Virus record (IMG/VR): IMGVR_UViG_3300013383_000004
Span: 1-64,000 of that record
Source: a virus
Lineage: Duplodnaviria > Caudoviricetes
Length of the DNA: 64,000 nucleotides
Direction: 5' to 3' (one strand)
Shown: one piece after another, positions 37,747 to 48,500 of the stretch
Numbering within the stretch: the stretch's first letter is position 1
Layout of the letters: the number at the start of each line of letters is the position of its first letter
Notes under the pieces: generated by a model
Databases searched by the model: none
The model's input: only the letters and a program-made list of their open reading frames with translations
What the model was told of the DNA's origin: nothing
Position numbers and translations under genes: made by a program

Positions 37747-38759
37747 AAATTTTGAAATATATTTCAGAGGGTGCAATAGAGCCCACACATAATAATTTAT
37801 GGCTATATAAGGGAGAACTCAAATACTATGGAACTAATGGATGGACACCTGTACTTAGTGCTCCTTTAAACATTCCTACAGCCTCTGCTTCCACTTTAGG
37901 AGGTATTAAAATAGGTTCAGAGTTTTTAGTTAATGATAAGAAAGAACTTACTATAAAAAGTATCCCTCAGGATAAACTTCCTGTAGCTAGTATCTATAAG
38001 TATGGGGCAGTTAAGTTAGGTGACGTTGATGATTCGGGATTATATATTGATGAATCTGATGGGACGTTAAGGATAAATCCACGTGTCGCTATCTTTTCTA
38101 CAGTTTATCTTCAAATGAGTTCTTTTATTACACATATGAATAAAGTTGAGGCAGAGATAGATAAAAAAGTAGATAAAGAGTCTGGTAAAGGATTATCTAC
38201 TAATGATTTTACTAATGCTTATAAAACTAAACTTGAAAATATCTCAGAAGGTGCTACTAAGGTTATAGTAGATAGTAAATTAAATTCTGACTCTACTAAT
38301 GCTATACAAAATAAAATTGTAACTTCAAGTCTTCAAGGAAAAGCTAATTTAGGAGCTGACAATAAACTATCTCCTGATGAATTTCTTTATAATATGGTTA
38401 CTTGCCCACAGTTTTCGGGACTACTAGTTGATCCTGTAACACTGAATCTAATCTCACCTCCTTCTGAAAATGGAGATGTAGTAGCCTGCGTAGAGAAAAC
38501 CTCTGAAGATATAATATTTGCCTATAGAGTTGGAAACTCGGAAGGGTCTTACACATACTATAATAACTGGTCAACACGTGCCCAATACTGTAATTCTGAC
38601 TTAAGGCCTTATGAAGGTAAGCTCTATTATAATAATGCTTACGTTGGAAACCTGGCAAAAGGTCTTTGTTTAGGACACTCTGTGATGGGTATGATTGGGC
38701 CTATTATACATGCAGTCGAAACTTGCACAGAAGAAGAGATTAATAATATATTTAAATAA
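37743..38759 (+). CDS. fibre-like virion protein
   Basis: IPTASASTLGGIKIG and KVDK..GKGLSTNDFT fibre repeats. Confidence 0.65.
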   Translation: MKILKYISEGAIEPTHNNLWLYKGELKYYGTNGWTPVLSAPLNIPTASASTLGGIKIGSEFLVNDKKELTIKSIPQDKLPVASIYKYGAVKLGDVDDSGLYIDESDGTLRINPRVAIFSTVYLQMSSFITHMNKVEAEIDKKVDKESGKGLSTNDFTNAYKTKLENISEGATKVIVDSKLNSDSTNAIQNKIVTSSLQGKANLGADNKLSPDEFLYNMVTCPQFSGLLVDPVTLNLISPPSENGDVVACVEKTSEDIIFAYRVGNSEGSYTYYNNWSTRAQYCNSDLRPYEGKLYYNNAYVGNLAKGLCLGHSVMGMIGPIIHAVETCTEEEINNIFK

Positions 38760-38767
38760 TAATTATT

Positions 38768-39106
38768 ATGAAAGTAATAGATTTAAATGCACTTAAAATA
38801 TTTTATACAAAGATTAAAACTGATATACTTACTTTGGTACCTGTTTTTAAAGGGCCTAGTGGTAATAAAGAAGGTGAAAGTGGCCTTGTACCAGCACCTC
38901 CAATAAATCTTGGACAGGTTTGTTTTCTAAGAGACAATGGTAATTGGCAGGAACTCCCCTCAGCAACTACTGATACTAAAGGCTGTGTAAAAGCTGCTGC
39001 TAATATAACAGATGTAGTAAATGAATCGGACCTATTAAATGCTTTTAATGCTCTCTTAGAAAGTTTAAGAAATGCAGGAATACTAAAGACAAAAATTAGT
39101 AGTTAA
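38768..39106 (+). CDS. head-fibre-like protein
   Basis: GLVPAP, FLR..G.W, ATT...G.VK, FNALL.SLRNAG. Confidence 0.65.
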   Translation: MKVIDLNALKIFYTKIKTDILTLVPVFKGPSGNKEGESGLVPAPPINLGQVCFLRDNGNWQELPSATTDTKGCVKAAANITDVVNESDLLNAFNALLESLRNAGILKTKISS

Positions 39107-39264
39107 ATTACATTTAATATAATAGGTTAATTTAATTTATTAATGATCCCTAATGTATTATTTTTAAAGTAAAGATATAGAAATACTGAAGTTACTTTTT
39201 ACTTTAATACAAAAGCATTATGGTTTATTATTGTAAATTCATTTAAATATATAATTATTGTAAT

Positions 39265-42192
39265 ATGTTTTTTACTAGAGAAGATATAGAAAAAATTCAT
39301 CAAAGTTTATTAAGCCTTGGTGTTAAAGATAGTGAGCTTCCTTCTACTACTAATATTAATAGTGATGATGTTTTAACTGTAGTTCAAGAAGGTAAAAATA
39401 AAAAGATTAATATTGAAGAGTTCTTTAATAATATATCTCTTTTTAAAAAAGAAGGCTTTATTAATATTACTGATAGATTTAATAAACACTCAATATCATT
39501 AATAGAAGCTATTCAAACTGTACCAGCCCATCAGAAAATAGATGGGTTGGTCATTACATTTGAAGATATTAATAGAGACTGGAGAATATATCAGTTTAGG
39601 GGAGACACAGCAGACTTTTTTGACGAAAGTAAGTGGACTGATTTATATGATTATACTAATTATATAGTAGATTCTATTACTCCAGATGAAGAGGATTTAA
39701 CTGTCTCTAAACCTGATAAAGAGGGTAATGCTGTAGTATCCTTAAAAGACAGAGTTTATGATGAATCCAATTTTAGTGGTAAAGGATATAGAATAGTAAG
39801 AAAAAATATTTTAGAAATAGATGGTACTAGAAAAAATATCCTTACTCAAGATATGATTAATGAACCTAATACTGTATATGAGATTAGGTATAATTTTGAT
39901 TTAAATAACAAAGAGATTATTATCCCTAAAGGTTGTACATTAAAATTTAATGGTGGAAAACTAACAAATGGCAGCTGGAGATATAGTTCTAAATATAATA
40001 AAATAGTAAAAGCTTCAGAAGTAGGATTTTTAGAAGAAAACTCTAAAGGAGCCAATATTTTTAATGGCACTTTATTTGTAAATCTAATGGCTGCAAATAT
40101 AGGTATAGATTTTGAAAATAATACCTATAATTTTGAAATTACTTCTGTTACAAATTGTAATTTTATATATATAAAAAATGGTACTATTAATATAACATTA
40201 AATAATAATACTTATTATGTGTTTAAAGTAACGAGTGACAGTAAAGACAATCCTATTATACATATAGAGAATATTACCATTATAAATAGTGGAGTAAAAG
40301 ATGTTACATCTTTGCTATTATCAGAAGATAATCTTGATTTTTATTATGACTATATTTTATGTAAAAATAGTACTTTTAAATCTTTTGGTTTTGCTAGATT
40401 TAATTTTGGGGATTTTAATTCTGATGTGCATAAAGTAGGAGTCAGTAATACTATTATCAGAGATTGTGTATTTCAAGATTTATTAGGTACTTTTTATATA
40501 TGTAATGATGCATATTATAATAGTGTCTCTATAGAAGGAAATTATATTAGAAACAGCAAATATACTGTATTTTATTATGCTGTAACTAATGAATATAAGA
40601 ACCATAACTTAGATAAGAAAGGAAAGTTTATTTTTAAGAATAATAAACATATAAACGATTCTAATTTCTTAGCTTCATCTACAGGTGGAGGATATATATG
40701 CTCTCTTTTAATAGAGGGGAATGAAGTATATATGAGTAATAATGTATTTGAAAACATCAGAGCTTTTAATAATGTAGTTTATGCTTTTTATGTTTCCTCA
40801 ACTTATTTTGAATGCACTAATAATACAATTAAAAATGTTTTCAATTTTAACCAATGCACATATCCTGTTGTTAAATTAAATTATGAAAATTCATATAATG
40901 AAATATTCAAAAGCAAAGGAGGATTAGGTACTTGGGAAAAGCCAGATACTCGTATTTTTACTAACAATACTGTTATAATTGAAAGAGACAATTATATAAA
41001 TGCCATGAAGCTATCTTCTGAATTTCCAGAAGACTATGCCCATTATAATGAAGTTCAGCTTTTTACATCTTTATTTAGGCCAATGCAACCTCAGAATATA
41101 ACTTTTATTAATAATGATATAAATATTGAAGGAGTATTATCATTGGCTACTTCCACTGAAGATATTTGTAATATTAAATTTAATGATAATAGACTTAAAT
41201 TTTTTAATGCTTCTATATTTAATGGTACTAACCCTCTTTCTGTCTTAGATAACACCTATCCATATTCTTTGATTAATTCAGTACAATGTAAGTATGTTAC
41301 ACAATTTGAAATATGTGGGAATATCTTTGAATGTACTAATTCTAATAACTATTCTTTGTTAGCTTTTACCTCTTTTTCTGTTTTAGATTCTTTTCCAGAA
41401 GATAATTCTATAATGCAGATAAAAATCACAAATAATATTGGAAATAATGTTGTTTTTTATTTGCCACAAAGACAATTTTCATTAGAAAGTACAAAAGCAG
41501 TTAAAGATATATTAGTAGAAAATAATACAAGTAATTTATCACAAAAGACTATTCAAATTAGATCTTCATTAACACAATCTGTTTATCCTACTATAGGGAG
41601 TGTAAAAATAAAAGGGTCATATATTATAAATACTGTTTTTCTTTCTAAACTTCTAGATTTAGACTTGGATATTTCTAGGGTTATAAGTATTCAGAGCGGT
41701 GATTATAAAGCGTTATCTTTCCCATTTATTTGTCCAATATTAGATTCTGAAAATGAGTGTTATTTGTTGGAATATACAAGAAAAGATGGTATCTCAGATA
41801 CTTTGGAAATATATAGAAAGAATAGGGCTATTTATGTTACGGCTAAAAATAATATAGAAAAACCAATAAAAGAATATCTTCTATCTAACAATATATATCT
41901 TGTAATGAAATCTGATCAATCATATGCATACTCTGGTATTGTATTAAAAGAGAAAGACTCTTCTAAGATAGAAATAAGTATATGGATAGGGATTAATAAT
42001 TTTTTACAATCTTTTAAGTTAAGATATTATCCATATAGAATGAATATAAAAGCCCTTAAAGGACAATCTTCTCTCAGACCATCCTTAGATACTAATGATG
42101 AAGGGTATGAATTTTATGATTCTACTCTGAAAAAGAAAATCCTATGGAATGGTTCAACGTGGACTAATTTAGATGGATCAGTATTGACATGA
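39265..42192 (+). CDS. tail spike / receptor-binding protein with beta-helix-like core
   Basis: N-terminal anchor to IPKGCTLKFNGG, N/I-rich repeats, C-terminal RP....GY.FYD.TL.K.I.WNG..W module. Confidence 0.7.
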   Translation: MFFTREDIEKIHQSLLSLGVKDSELPSTTNINSDDVLTVVQEGKNKKINIEEFFNNISLFKKEGFINITDRFNKHSISLIEAIQTVPAHQKIDGLVITFEDINRDWRIYQFRGDTADFFDESKWTDLYDYTNYIVDSITPDEEDLTVSKPDKEGNAVVSLKDRVYDESNFSGKGYRIVRKNILEIDGTRKNILTQDMINEPNTVYEIRYNFDLNNKEIIIPKGCTLKFNGGKLTNGSWRYSSKYNKIVKASEVGFLEENSKGANIFNGTLFVNLMAANIGIDFENNTYNFEITSVTNCNFIYIKNGTINITLNNNTYYVFKVTSDSKDNPIIHIENITIINSGVKDVTSLLLSEDNLDFYYDYILCKNSTFKSFGFARFNFGDFNSDVHKVGVSNTIIRDCVFQDLLGTFYICNDAYYNSVSIEGNYIRNSKYTVFYYAVTNEYKNHNLDKKGKFIFKNNKHINDSNFLASSTGGGYICSLLIEGNEVYMSNNVFENIRAFNNVVYAFYVSSTYFECTNNTIKNVFNFNQCTYPVVKLNYENSYNEIFKSKGGLGTWEKPDTRIFTNNTVIIERDNYINAMKLSSEFPEDYAHYNEVQLFTSLFRPMQPQNITFINNDINIEGVLSLATSTEDICNIKFNDNRLKFFNASIFNGTNPLSVLDNTYPYSLINSVQCKYVTQFEICGNIFECTNSNNYSLLAFTSFSVLDSFPEDNSIMQIKITNNIGNNVVFYLPQRQFSLESTKAVKDILVENNTSNLSQKTIQIRSSLTQSVYPTIGSVKIKGSYIINTVFLSKLLDLDLDISRVISIQSGDYKALSFPFICPILDSENECYLLEYTRKDGISDTLEIYRKNRAIYVTAKNNIEKPIKEYLLSNNIYLVMKSDQSYAYSGIVLKEKDSSKIEISIWIGINNFLQSFKLRYYPYRMNIKALKGQSSLRPSLDTNDEGYEFYDSTLKKKILWNGSTWTNLDGSVLT

Positions 42193-42809
42193 AAAATTTA
42201 GTAATTTTATTCTTTACAATCTTTTTCTTATGTACTATATACACATTATGTCAAAAAAATATTAAACTAAATAAAGAATTATCTATAAGTAAAACTAATG
42301 AGAAAGCATTTTTATCTGAGAACTCTACTCTAAAAGATAATAATAAGGCTTTTCAATTTACTATAGATCAGCTTAATTACTTTAATGATTCTTTATTACA
42401 AAAGATGAATGAAGTAAGAGAGAGTTTAAACATTAAAGACAAAGATGTAAAACAAATACAATATATTACTTCAGAGGTTGTAAAAAGTGACACAGTAATA
42501 TTTAGAGACACTCTATTTAGAGATACTCTATTTAAAGAAAGAAAAGTAAGTATAGATACTATTATTGGCAATAAATGGTATCAAACAAAAATTGAGCTAA
42601 GGTATCCTAATACAATTATTACTATACCTAAATTTATTAGTGAAAAATATATAGTAGTCAATTATAAGAAAGAAACTATTAATCCCCCTAAAAAATGGTG
42701 GATTCTTAGATTATTTCAAAAAAAGCATAAAGTAGTAGAAGTTCATGTAGTGGAGAAAAACCCTTATATTACAACTAAAGAACAAAGATTTATTGAAATT
42801 ATAAAGTAA
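42189..42809 (+). CDS. spanin-like membrane coiled-coil protein
   Basis: N-terminal TM, coiled coil, FRDT repeats (15-bp tandem near 42500-42538). Confidence 0.55.
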   Translation: MKNLVILFFTIFFLCTIYTLCQKNIKLNKELSISKTNEKAFLSENSTLKDNNKAFQFTIDQLNYFNDSLLQKMNEVRESLNIKDKDVKQIQYITSEVVKSDTVIFRDTLFRDTLFKERKVSIDTIIGNKWYQTKIELRYPNTIITIPKFISEKYIVVNYKKETINPPKKWWILRLFQKKHKVVEVHVVEKNPYITTKEQRFIEIIK

Positions 42810-42811
42810 CA

Positions 42812-43183
42812 ATGGTTAGTTTAGATATATTAGTTACGGGAGGGGTAGGAATTACTACTACAATACTTAGTAGTTGGATTTCTTGGTTTTTTGCAAGGAA
42901 GAAATATAACTCAGAAGTAGATTTAAACTTAGTAGAAAAGATGGAAAAATCTCTAGAGTTCTATAGGTCTTTATCAGATGATAATAGGACTAGACTTGAA
43001 GAGATAACAGAAAGAAATAATGAATTAGAGAAAGAAGTGCAGGAGTTAAGAAAGCAAGTTCTAAACTTAACCATGAATATATGTATGGACTTAACTTGTG
43101 CTAATAGAGTTAGAGAAACAGTTAGAAAATATGAGAAAAATAAGAGTAGGCTCGATGAAACAGTTAACCCTAGTAGAGGGTGA
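42812..43183 (+). CDS. single-TM coiled-coil protein (holin-like)
   Basis: TM then coiled coil ending C...C..R, in the lysis cluster. Confidence 0.55.
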   Translation: MVSLDILVTGGVGITTTILSSWISWFFARKKYNSEVDLNLVEKMEKSLEFYRSLSDDNRTRLEEITERNNELEKEVQELRKQVLNLTMNICMDLTCANRVRETVRKYEKNKSRLDETVNPSRG

Positions 43184-43349
43184 TGTTAATCTGTTGGCAA
43201 AAAATGAAATTCTTATTTCTGAAGAAGAAGGGTATACTATTCTCAGAAAGAGACTATACAATGGTGAAATAGAAACTTATATAGTAGTACCCCTAAAAGA
43301 CTTTAAGAAAGATGGAGATAGTACTGAACAGAAAGTGGAAGAAACCTAA
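43131..43349 (+). CDS. small hypothetical protein
   Basis: Likely start ATG 43131; LVEGDVNLLAKNEILI. Confidence 0.55.
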   Translation: MRKIRVGSMKQLTLVEGDVNLLAKNEILISEEEGYTILRKRLYNGEIETYIVVPLKDFKKDGDSTEQKVEET

Positions 43350-43767
43350 TTACACAATAGGTGTACTCTCAATAGATGGAAAGTTCTTCTGTAATACACT
43401 CGAAGACACTGACAGAGACCTTAAAGATACAATGGATGTAAGTGAAATTAAAGCTATAAAGAAGCCTCATATTACTGCTATTCCAACAGGGACTTATCAA
43501 GTGACACTTAATACTGTTAGTCCAAAGTTTGGTTCTAGAAAGTTCTATAAAGAGGTTTGTAATGGTAAAGTACCTAGGCTTCTTAATGTAAAGGGCTTTG
43601 ATGGTGTATTGATTCATGCTGGTAATAAGGCAGAAGATACTGATGGGTGTATCCTAGTAGGGAAGAACAAGGTAGTAGGACAGGTAATAAACAGTCAAGC
43701 TACATTTAGAGAATTATATAAACTACTATCAAGTAGTAGAGATAACATAACAATTAAAATCATGTAA
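43312..43767 (+). CDS. DUF5675-family putative endolysin
   Basis: TIG.L, CNTLED, TAIPTGTY, GVLIHAGN, DTDGCILVG. Confidence 0.75.
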   Translation: MEIVLNRKWKKPNYTIGVLSIDGKFFCNTLEDTDRDLKDTMDVSEIKAIKKPHITAIPTGTYQVTLNTVSPKFGSRKFYKEVCNGKVPRLLNVKGFDGVLIHAGNKAEDTDGCILVGKNKVVGQVINSQATFRELYKLLSSSRDNITIKIM

Positions 43768-43769
43768 TT

Positions 43770-43880
43770 ATGGCTAAGGCAAAAAGAACATCAAAGAAGA
43801 AGTCAAAACCAATGTCTCCTAAGTCTGGTATAGGCGGTGGAACTAAATATGGTTGTGGTGGAAAAATCAAAAGAAAGTAA
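43770..43880 (+). CDS. 36-aa highly basic peptide (not in ORF track)
   Basis: MAKAKRTSKKKSKPMSPKSGIGGGTKYGCGGKIKRK*, starts 2 nt after the previous stop. Confidence 0.6.
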   Translation: MAKAKRTSKKKSKPMSPKSGIGGGTKYGCGGKIKRK

Positions 43881-44073
43881 GTATAAACTGCTAATAATAG
43901 TTCTAAAGTTTATACCAATGCTTATTGCTCTATGTTATATGTCAAGTACTGTATTTAACTACTTTGGCTATAACATAGAGCCATTAAGTAACATAGGAGG
44001 TATGTCTTTATTAACTTGGCTGTTTATATATCTAGTATCTGTAGTTTTTAATTTCTGTGCTTATCATAGATAG
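43849..44073 (+). CDS. membrane protein, possibly truncated
   Basis: Two TM segments, abrupt end at FCAYHR*. Confidence 0.55.
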   Translation: MVVVEKSKESKYKLLIIVLKFIPMLIALCYMSSTVFNYFGYNIEPLSNIGGMSLLTWLFIYLVSVVFNFCAYHR

Positions 44074-44294
44074 TAGAAGTTATTAAGTTTTATACTGATA
44101 AAACACAAAAACTTAGTAAGTATCAAGTTTGTCAGAAGCTTAATATAAGTAGGACAACCTTTGACAATTTAGTCAGAGAGGGAGTAATACCAAAAGGTCA
44201 GAAGGTAGCAGGATTTAAGGAGTTATTTTGGACTGAGAAAGACCTGAATAAAGTAGTAAAGAGTAGAAGAAATAACAATAAAAAAGATAATTAG
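44070..44294 (+). pseudogene. start-less AlpA/excisionase-like HTH reading frame
   Basis: IVEVIKFYTDKTQKLSKYQVCQKLNISRTTFDNLVREGVIPKG...LFW; in-frame TAG immediately upstream. Confidence 0.6.
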
Positions 44295-44368
44295 AATACC
44301 TATTAGTACTCCTTTTGTTATATTATAAGTGAATTTATTATATACTTGTTTAGTAAATTTTTTTTCAC

Positions 44369-44378
44369 TACCTTTGCA
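44369..44378 (+). promoter_or_regulatory. Bacteroidota -7 promoter element
   Basis: TACCTTTGCA upstream of the capsid operon. Confidence 0.7.
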
Positions 44379-44404
44379 CAGAAGTTCAATAAAGAAGTAA
44401 AAAC

Positions 44405-45547
44405 ATGGAAGGTTTATCATTGGATAATATTATGACTGGGGATGAGGCTGCTGCTTTGTTTGACCCAGAATCTAATCAAGAAAAAAAGGAGGAAAAACCT
44501 CTTGATAATTTTGATGATAGTAAAGAAGAAAAGAAAGAAACTACTGAGGTTGTTGACGTAGATAACCTATTTACAGAAAAACCAGAGAGCGTAGGTAGTG
44601 AAGAAGATAATAAGGGTAAGGAAGGCACCTCTTCTAAAGAGGATACTTCTCCCAACTTCTACTCTTCCATTGCCAAAGCCTTTGTAGAAGATGGTGTCTT
44701 CCAAGACCTTAATGATGAGGAACTTTCTAAGGTTACTGATGCCGAGTCTTTTAGAAACATGATTGAGCAAACTATTCAATCTCAACTTGATGAAAGACAA
44801 AAGAGAGTTGATGAGGCTCTTAATGTAGGCATTGAACCTACTCAAGTTCAAAGATTTGAGAATAGCATGAAAATACTTAATAATATTACAGAAGATGCTA
44901 TTGCAGAAGAAGGAGAGAAAGGTGAAAATCTTAGAAAGAATATTATTTATGAGGATTATATCCAAAGAGGTTTCAGTAAAGAGAGAGCTATAAAGGCTGT
45001 TGAAAGGTCTATAGCTGCTGGAACTGACATAGAAGATGCTAAAGAATCATTGCAAAGTTGTAAAGAACAAATATCAAAATCTTATAATGATGCAATAAAA
45101 GAAGCAAAGGAAGAGAAAGCAAGAGAAGATGAAGAATTAAAAGAACAAGCAGAAGCTCTGAAGAAATCCATTCTTTCTGATAAAAAACCTTTTGGAGAAT
45201 TAGATTTAGATAAAAAAACTAGACAGAGAGTTTTTGATGCTATTTCTAAACCAGTATTTACTGATCCTAAAACAGGTGAAAGGTATACTGCAATTCAAAA
45301 GTTTGAAGCTGATAATCACAATGATTTTATGAAATATGTAGGACTTACTTATGTACTTACAGATGGATTTAAATCATTGGATGGCTTGGTTAAAGGCAAG
45401 GTTAAGAAAGAGATTGGTAAAGGACTAAGAGAGTTAGAGCATACTTTAAATAACACTGCTAGAAACTCAGATGGTACACTTAAATTTACAAGTGGTGTAG
45501 GCACAGACCCAGAGTCTGCTTTTAGAAAATTTACACTTGATATTTAA
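44405..45547 (+). CDS. putative capsid scaffolding protein
   Basis: Acidic, coiled-coil, immediately upstream of MCP. Confidence 0.65.
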   Translation: MEGLSLDNIMTGDEAAALFDPESNQEKKEEKPLDNFDDSKEEKKETTEVVDVDNLFTEKPESVGSEEDNKGKEGTSSKEDTSPNFYSSIAKAFVEDGVFQDLNDEELSKVTDAESFRNMIEQTIQSQLDERQKRVDEALNVGIEPTQVQRFENSMKILNNITEDAIAEEGEKGENLRKNIIYEDYIQRGFSKERAIKAVERSIAAGTDIEDAKESLQSCKEQISKSYNDAIKEAKEEKAREDEELKEQAEALKKSILSDKKPFGELDLDKKTRQRVFDAISKPVFTDPKTGERYTAIQKFEADNHNDFMKYVGLTYVLTDGFKSLDGLVKGKVKKEIGKGLRELEHTLNNTARNSDGTLKFTSGVGTDPESAFRKFTLDI

Positions 45548-45572
45548 TTTTTAATGTTTAATTTATTTATTT

Positions 45573-48500
45573 ATGGCTGGACAATTAGGTAAGTTTCAGA
45601 TGGTTGGATTTGATGGTTGGAAAGGTTTGACAAAGATGAATCATTTGTCATCCATTTTTCAAATGGCACCTCAGAAAGCCTCAAATCTAATGGTACAATT
45701 ATTGGCAGCAAAGAGAGGTAAAACACTTGATACATTCCTTTCTCAATTTCCCGTTAAATCTTAGCGGCTTAATAAAGTAATTTATTAATGATAAGACATT
45801 AAATTGCTGGAAGTTCTTTAGAGCTTTTCTGCTAGTAAGTTATTTTTTAACATGGGCAAATATTATACAATTAAAGAGTATAAAGAGTACTTTACTACAA
45901 AGAATGGTAAGAAAGCTTTCATTACAAAAAATAGAGTAATGCTTAAGCGTTATAAAAAATTAAAGTATAAAAAAACAAATAGACTCTCTGTAGAAGATCA
46001 AGAAATAGAAATTCAAAGAGGCTTAAGAAAGATACTGTGGAAGTATTATATAGAACATAAAAAGATTAAAACTATTAAGAGAGAAACAGGGTTTTTTTAT
46101 AGTTATATTTTACAGATAGTTAAAGGCAAAAGATACCCAGAACAAGTTAATAAATATTTATTAGAAATAAAGAAAAGATTAGATAATCAGCAGCCAAACC
46201 TTTTATAGGGAGGTTCAACGACTATAATATGTCTATCCTACTTTTAGGATAATGGTATAGTCTGAACTGTATAGAGATATACAGGTAACATAGTGTAAGG
46301 AATTTGAAGATGATAATGAGTACTATTGGGATGTAGTAGGTTCTAGTAAAAAGAACATTCCTCTTGTTGAGGCTAGAGATGAAGATGGTAATAAGGTAGA
46401 GGCAACATCTAGCCCTGTAGGTGCTGGCACTGCTCCTTTTTATCTTGTTTTTGCAGAGGATTATTTTGCTGATGGTGAAGTAATCTTTGGTAATCTTAAT
46501 CAAGTTTATCCTTTTAGAATCCTTGGTAATGCAAGGATGGAGGGGACAAATGCTGTGTATAAGTGTGAGCTTATGGGTGGTAATACTACAGGATGTCCTG
46601 CTGATAGACTTCAAGCAGGTGAAAGATTCTCTGTAGGTTTTGCTCCTGTCGAAAAAGAATTAAGCCGTAGACAGACCTTGCGGCATATACTAGTAATAGT
46701 ATATTAAAAATGGGCAAAATCGGTGAAACTCCTTAAATAATAAGGACAATACCGAGCTAACTTAAAAGTAATAGTTTTAAGTAGTGTAGAGAATAGAATT
46801 TGAAAATAAGATAATTGTAAAATGGAAGGGTTCATTTATAAAGTCACCAACAAGGTGAATGGAAAATCTTATATTGGTCAAACAAGAAATACAGTAGAAT
46901 TTAGGTGGAGACAACACTATAAGGCCAAAGATAATAAGTATTTTCATAGAGCCATACAAAAATATGGTAAAGAGAACTTTGAAATTATAACATTAGAAAA
47001 ATGTGAGGTAGGAAAACTTAATGATAGAGAAATCTTTTATATTAATAAATATGATACATTTAATAATGGATATAATTTAACCAAAGGTGGCTCTACTTAC
47101 ACTCCTAATAAAAAATGTCTGAATGGGTATATTGAAGTAGATGATAAATATGAAGAAATAAAAGGTATGTACTTAGCAGGATATAGTACAGCTAAAATAT
47201 CATGTTTATACAATGTTGATAGACACTGCATTTCTAATATACTTAAAAGTCTAGGAGTTAAAGTAAGAAAAAGTGAAAAAATTAATATTAATGCACAAGA
47301 GTTTGAAGAACTTGTAAGCAAATATCAAACAGGCTATTCTTTAAAATCTTTAGCTAAAGAATATGGCTGTACAGATGTTGGTTTAAAAGAATATCTTCAA
47401 AAAAGAGGGATTGATATTAAAAAGAAATTTTCAATATTAAAAGATGAACCCAAACAAAAAGAACTAATAAATGATTATTTAAAAGGTACTTTAAAGTTAA
47501 AAGAAATTCAACAAAAGTATCATTGTGAATATAGAACATTTTTAAAAGTTCTTTCCAATCATGGTATTAAACAAAGAGGTTGTAGTGGTAATTTTAAATT
47601 ATCTGACAAAGATAGTTTAGAAATCATTAAACTTTTTAAAGAAGATAAAAAAGTCATTGAATTAGCAAAACTTTATAATGTTGATAAATGTACTATATAT
47701 AATCTTCTAAAAAGGTATCATGTTAATTATTAAAATATAATAATTCCACGAGTGTCCAAATCCTAATATTAAGTTAAGGGTTAATATTTATTCCGAACTA
47801 TATGGTAACATATAGAACTATAGGATAAAGAGCCTATAGGATAACATCCGAGAAGGTCGGAGACATTAGATTTAGTACACCTGTTTCTATGAGAAATGAG
47901 TGGACTACAATCAGAATCCAGCATAAAGTTACAGGCTCAATGCTGGGTAAAAAACTTGCGGTGGGTATTCCTATACTTGAGGAAACCACTGATGGAAATA
48001 AGGTAAGAAAAGTGGCAAACCTTTGGATGCACAATGTTGATTGGACTCTTGAACAGCAATGGGGTGATTACAAGAACATTGCTATGGCTTGGGGCACATC
48101 CAATAGAAATGCTAACGGTAGATTATTTGCCGCCTAATAAAGTAATTTATTAGTGTAAATTCTTAATATAATTTAAGAAGAAAAATTGGGAAAAAACGGT
48201 GAAGTCCATTACCTTTGTATTAAAAAATAATATGGAAATTTGGAAAGATATAGAGGGATTTAGAGAACTTTATCAAGTTAGTAATTTAGGTAGAATTAGA
48301 AGAAAGGATAATCATAAAGTTTTAAAGCCTTTAATTTTAACAAAAGGCTATAAAGGAGTAAGATTATACTATACAAAGAAAGATGCTGTAACTAAAAAAA
48401 TACATAGACTTGTAGCTAAATATTTCATTGGAAATCCACTAAATTTACCACAGGTAAATCATAAAGATGGAAATAAAAATAATAATAAAGCTATAAACTT

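Noticed and set aside
37743-42192. Diversity-generating retroelement or invertible fibre cassette
   Set aside because: No reverse transcriptase, recombinase or template/variable repeat pair seen in the window
46222-46614. Minus-strand 130-aa ORF and other antisense ORFs (e.g. 2648, 5685, 33311, 35950, 44567, 53951, 63792)
   Set aside because: Shadows of real genes on the opposite strand; 46222..46614 mirrors MCP exon 2
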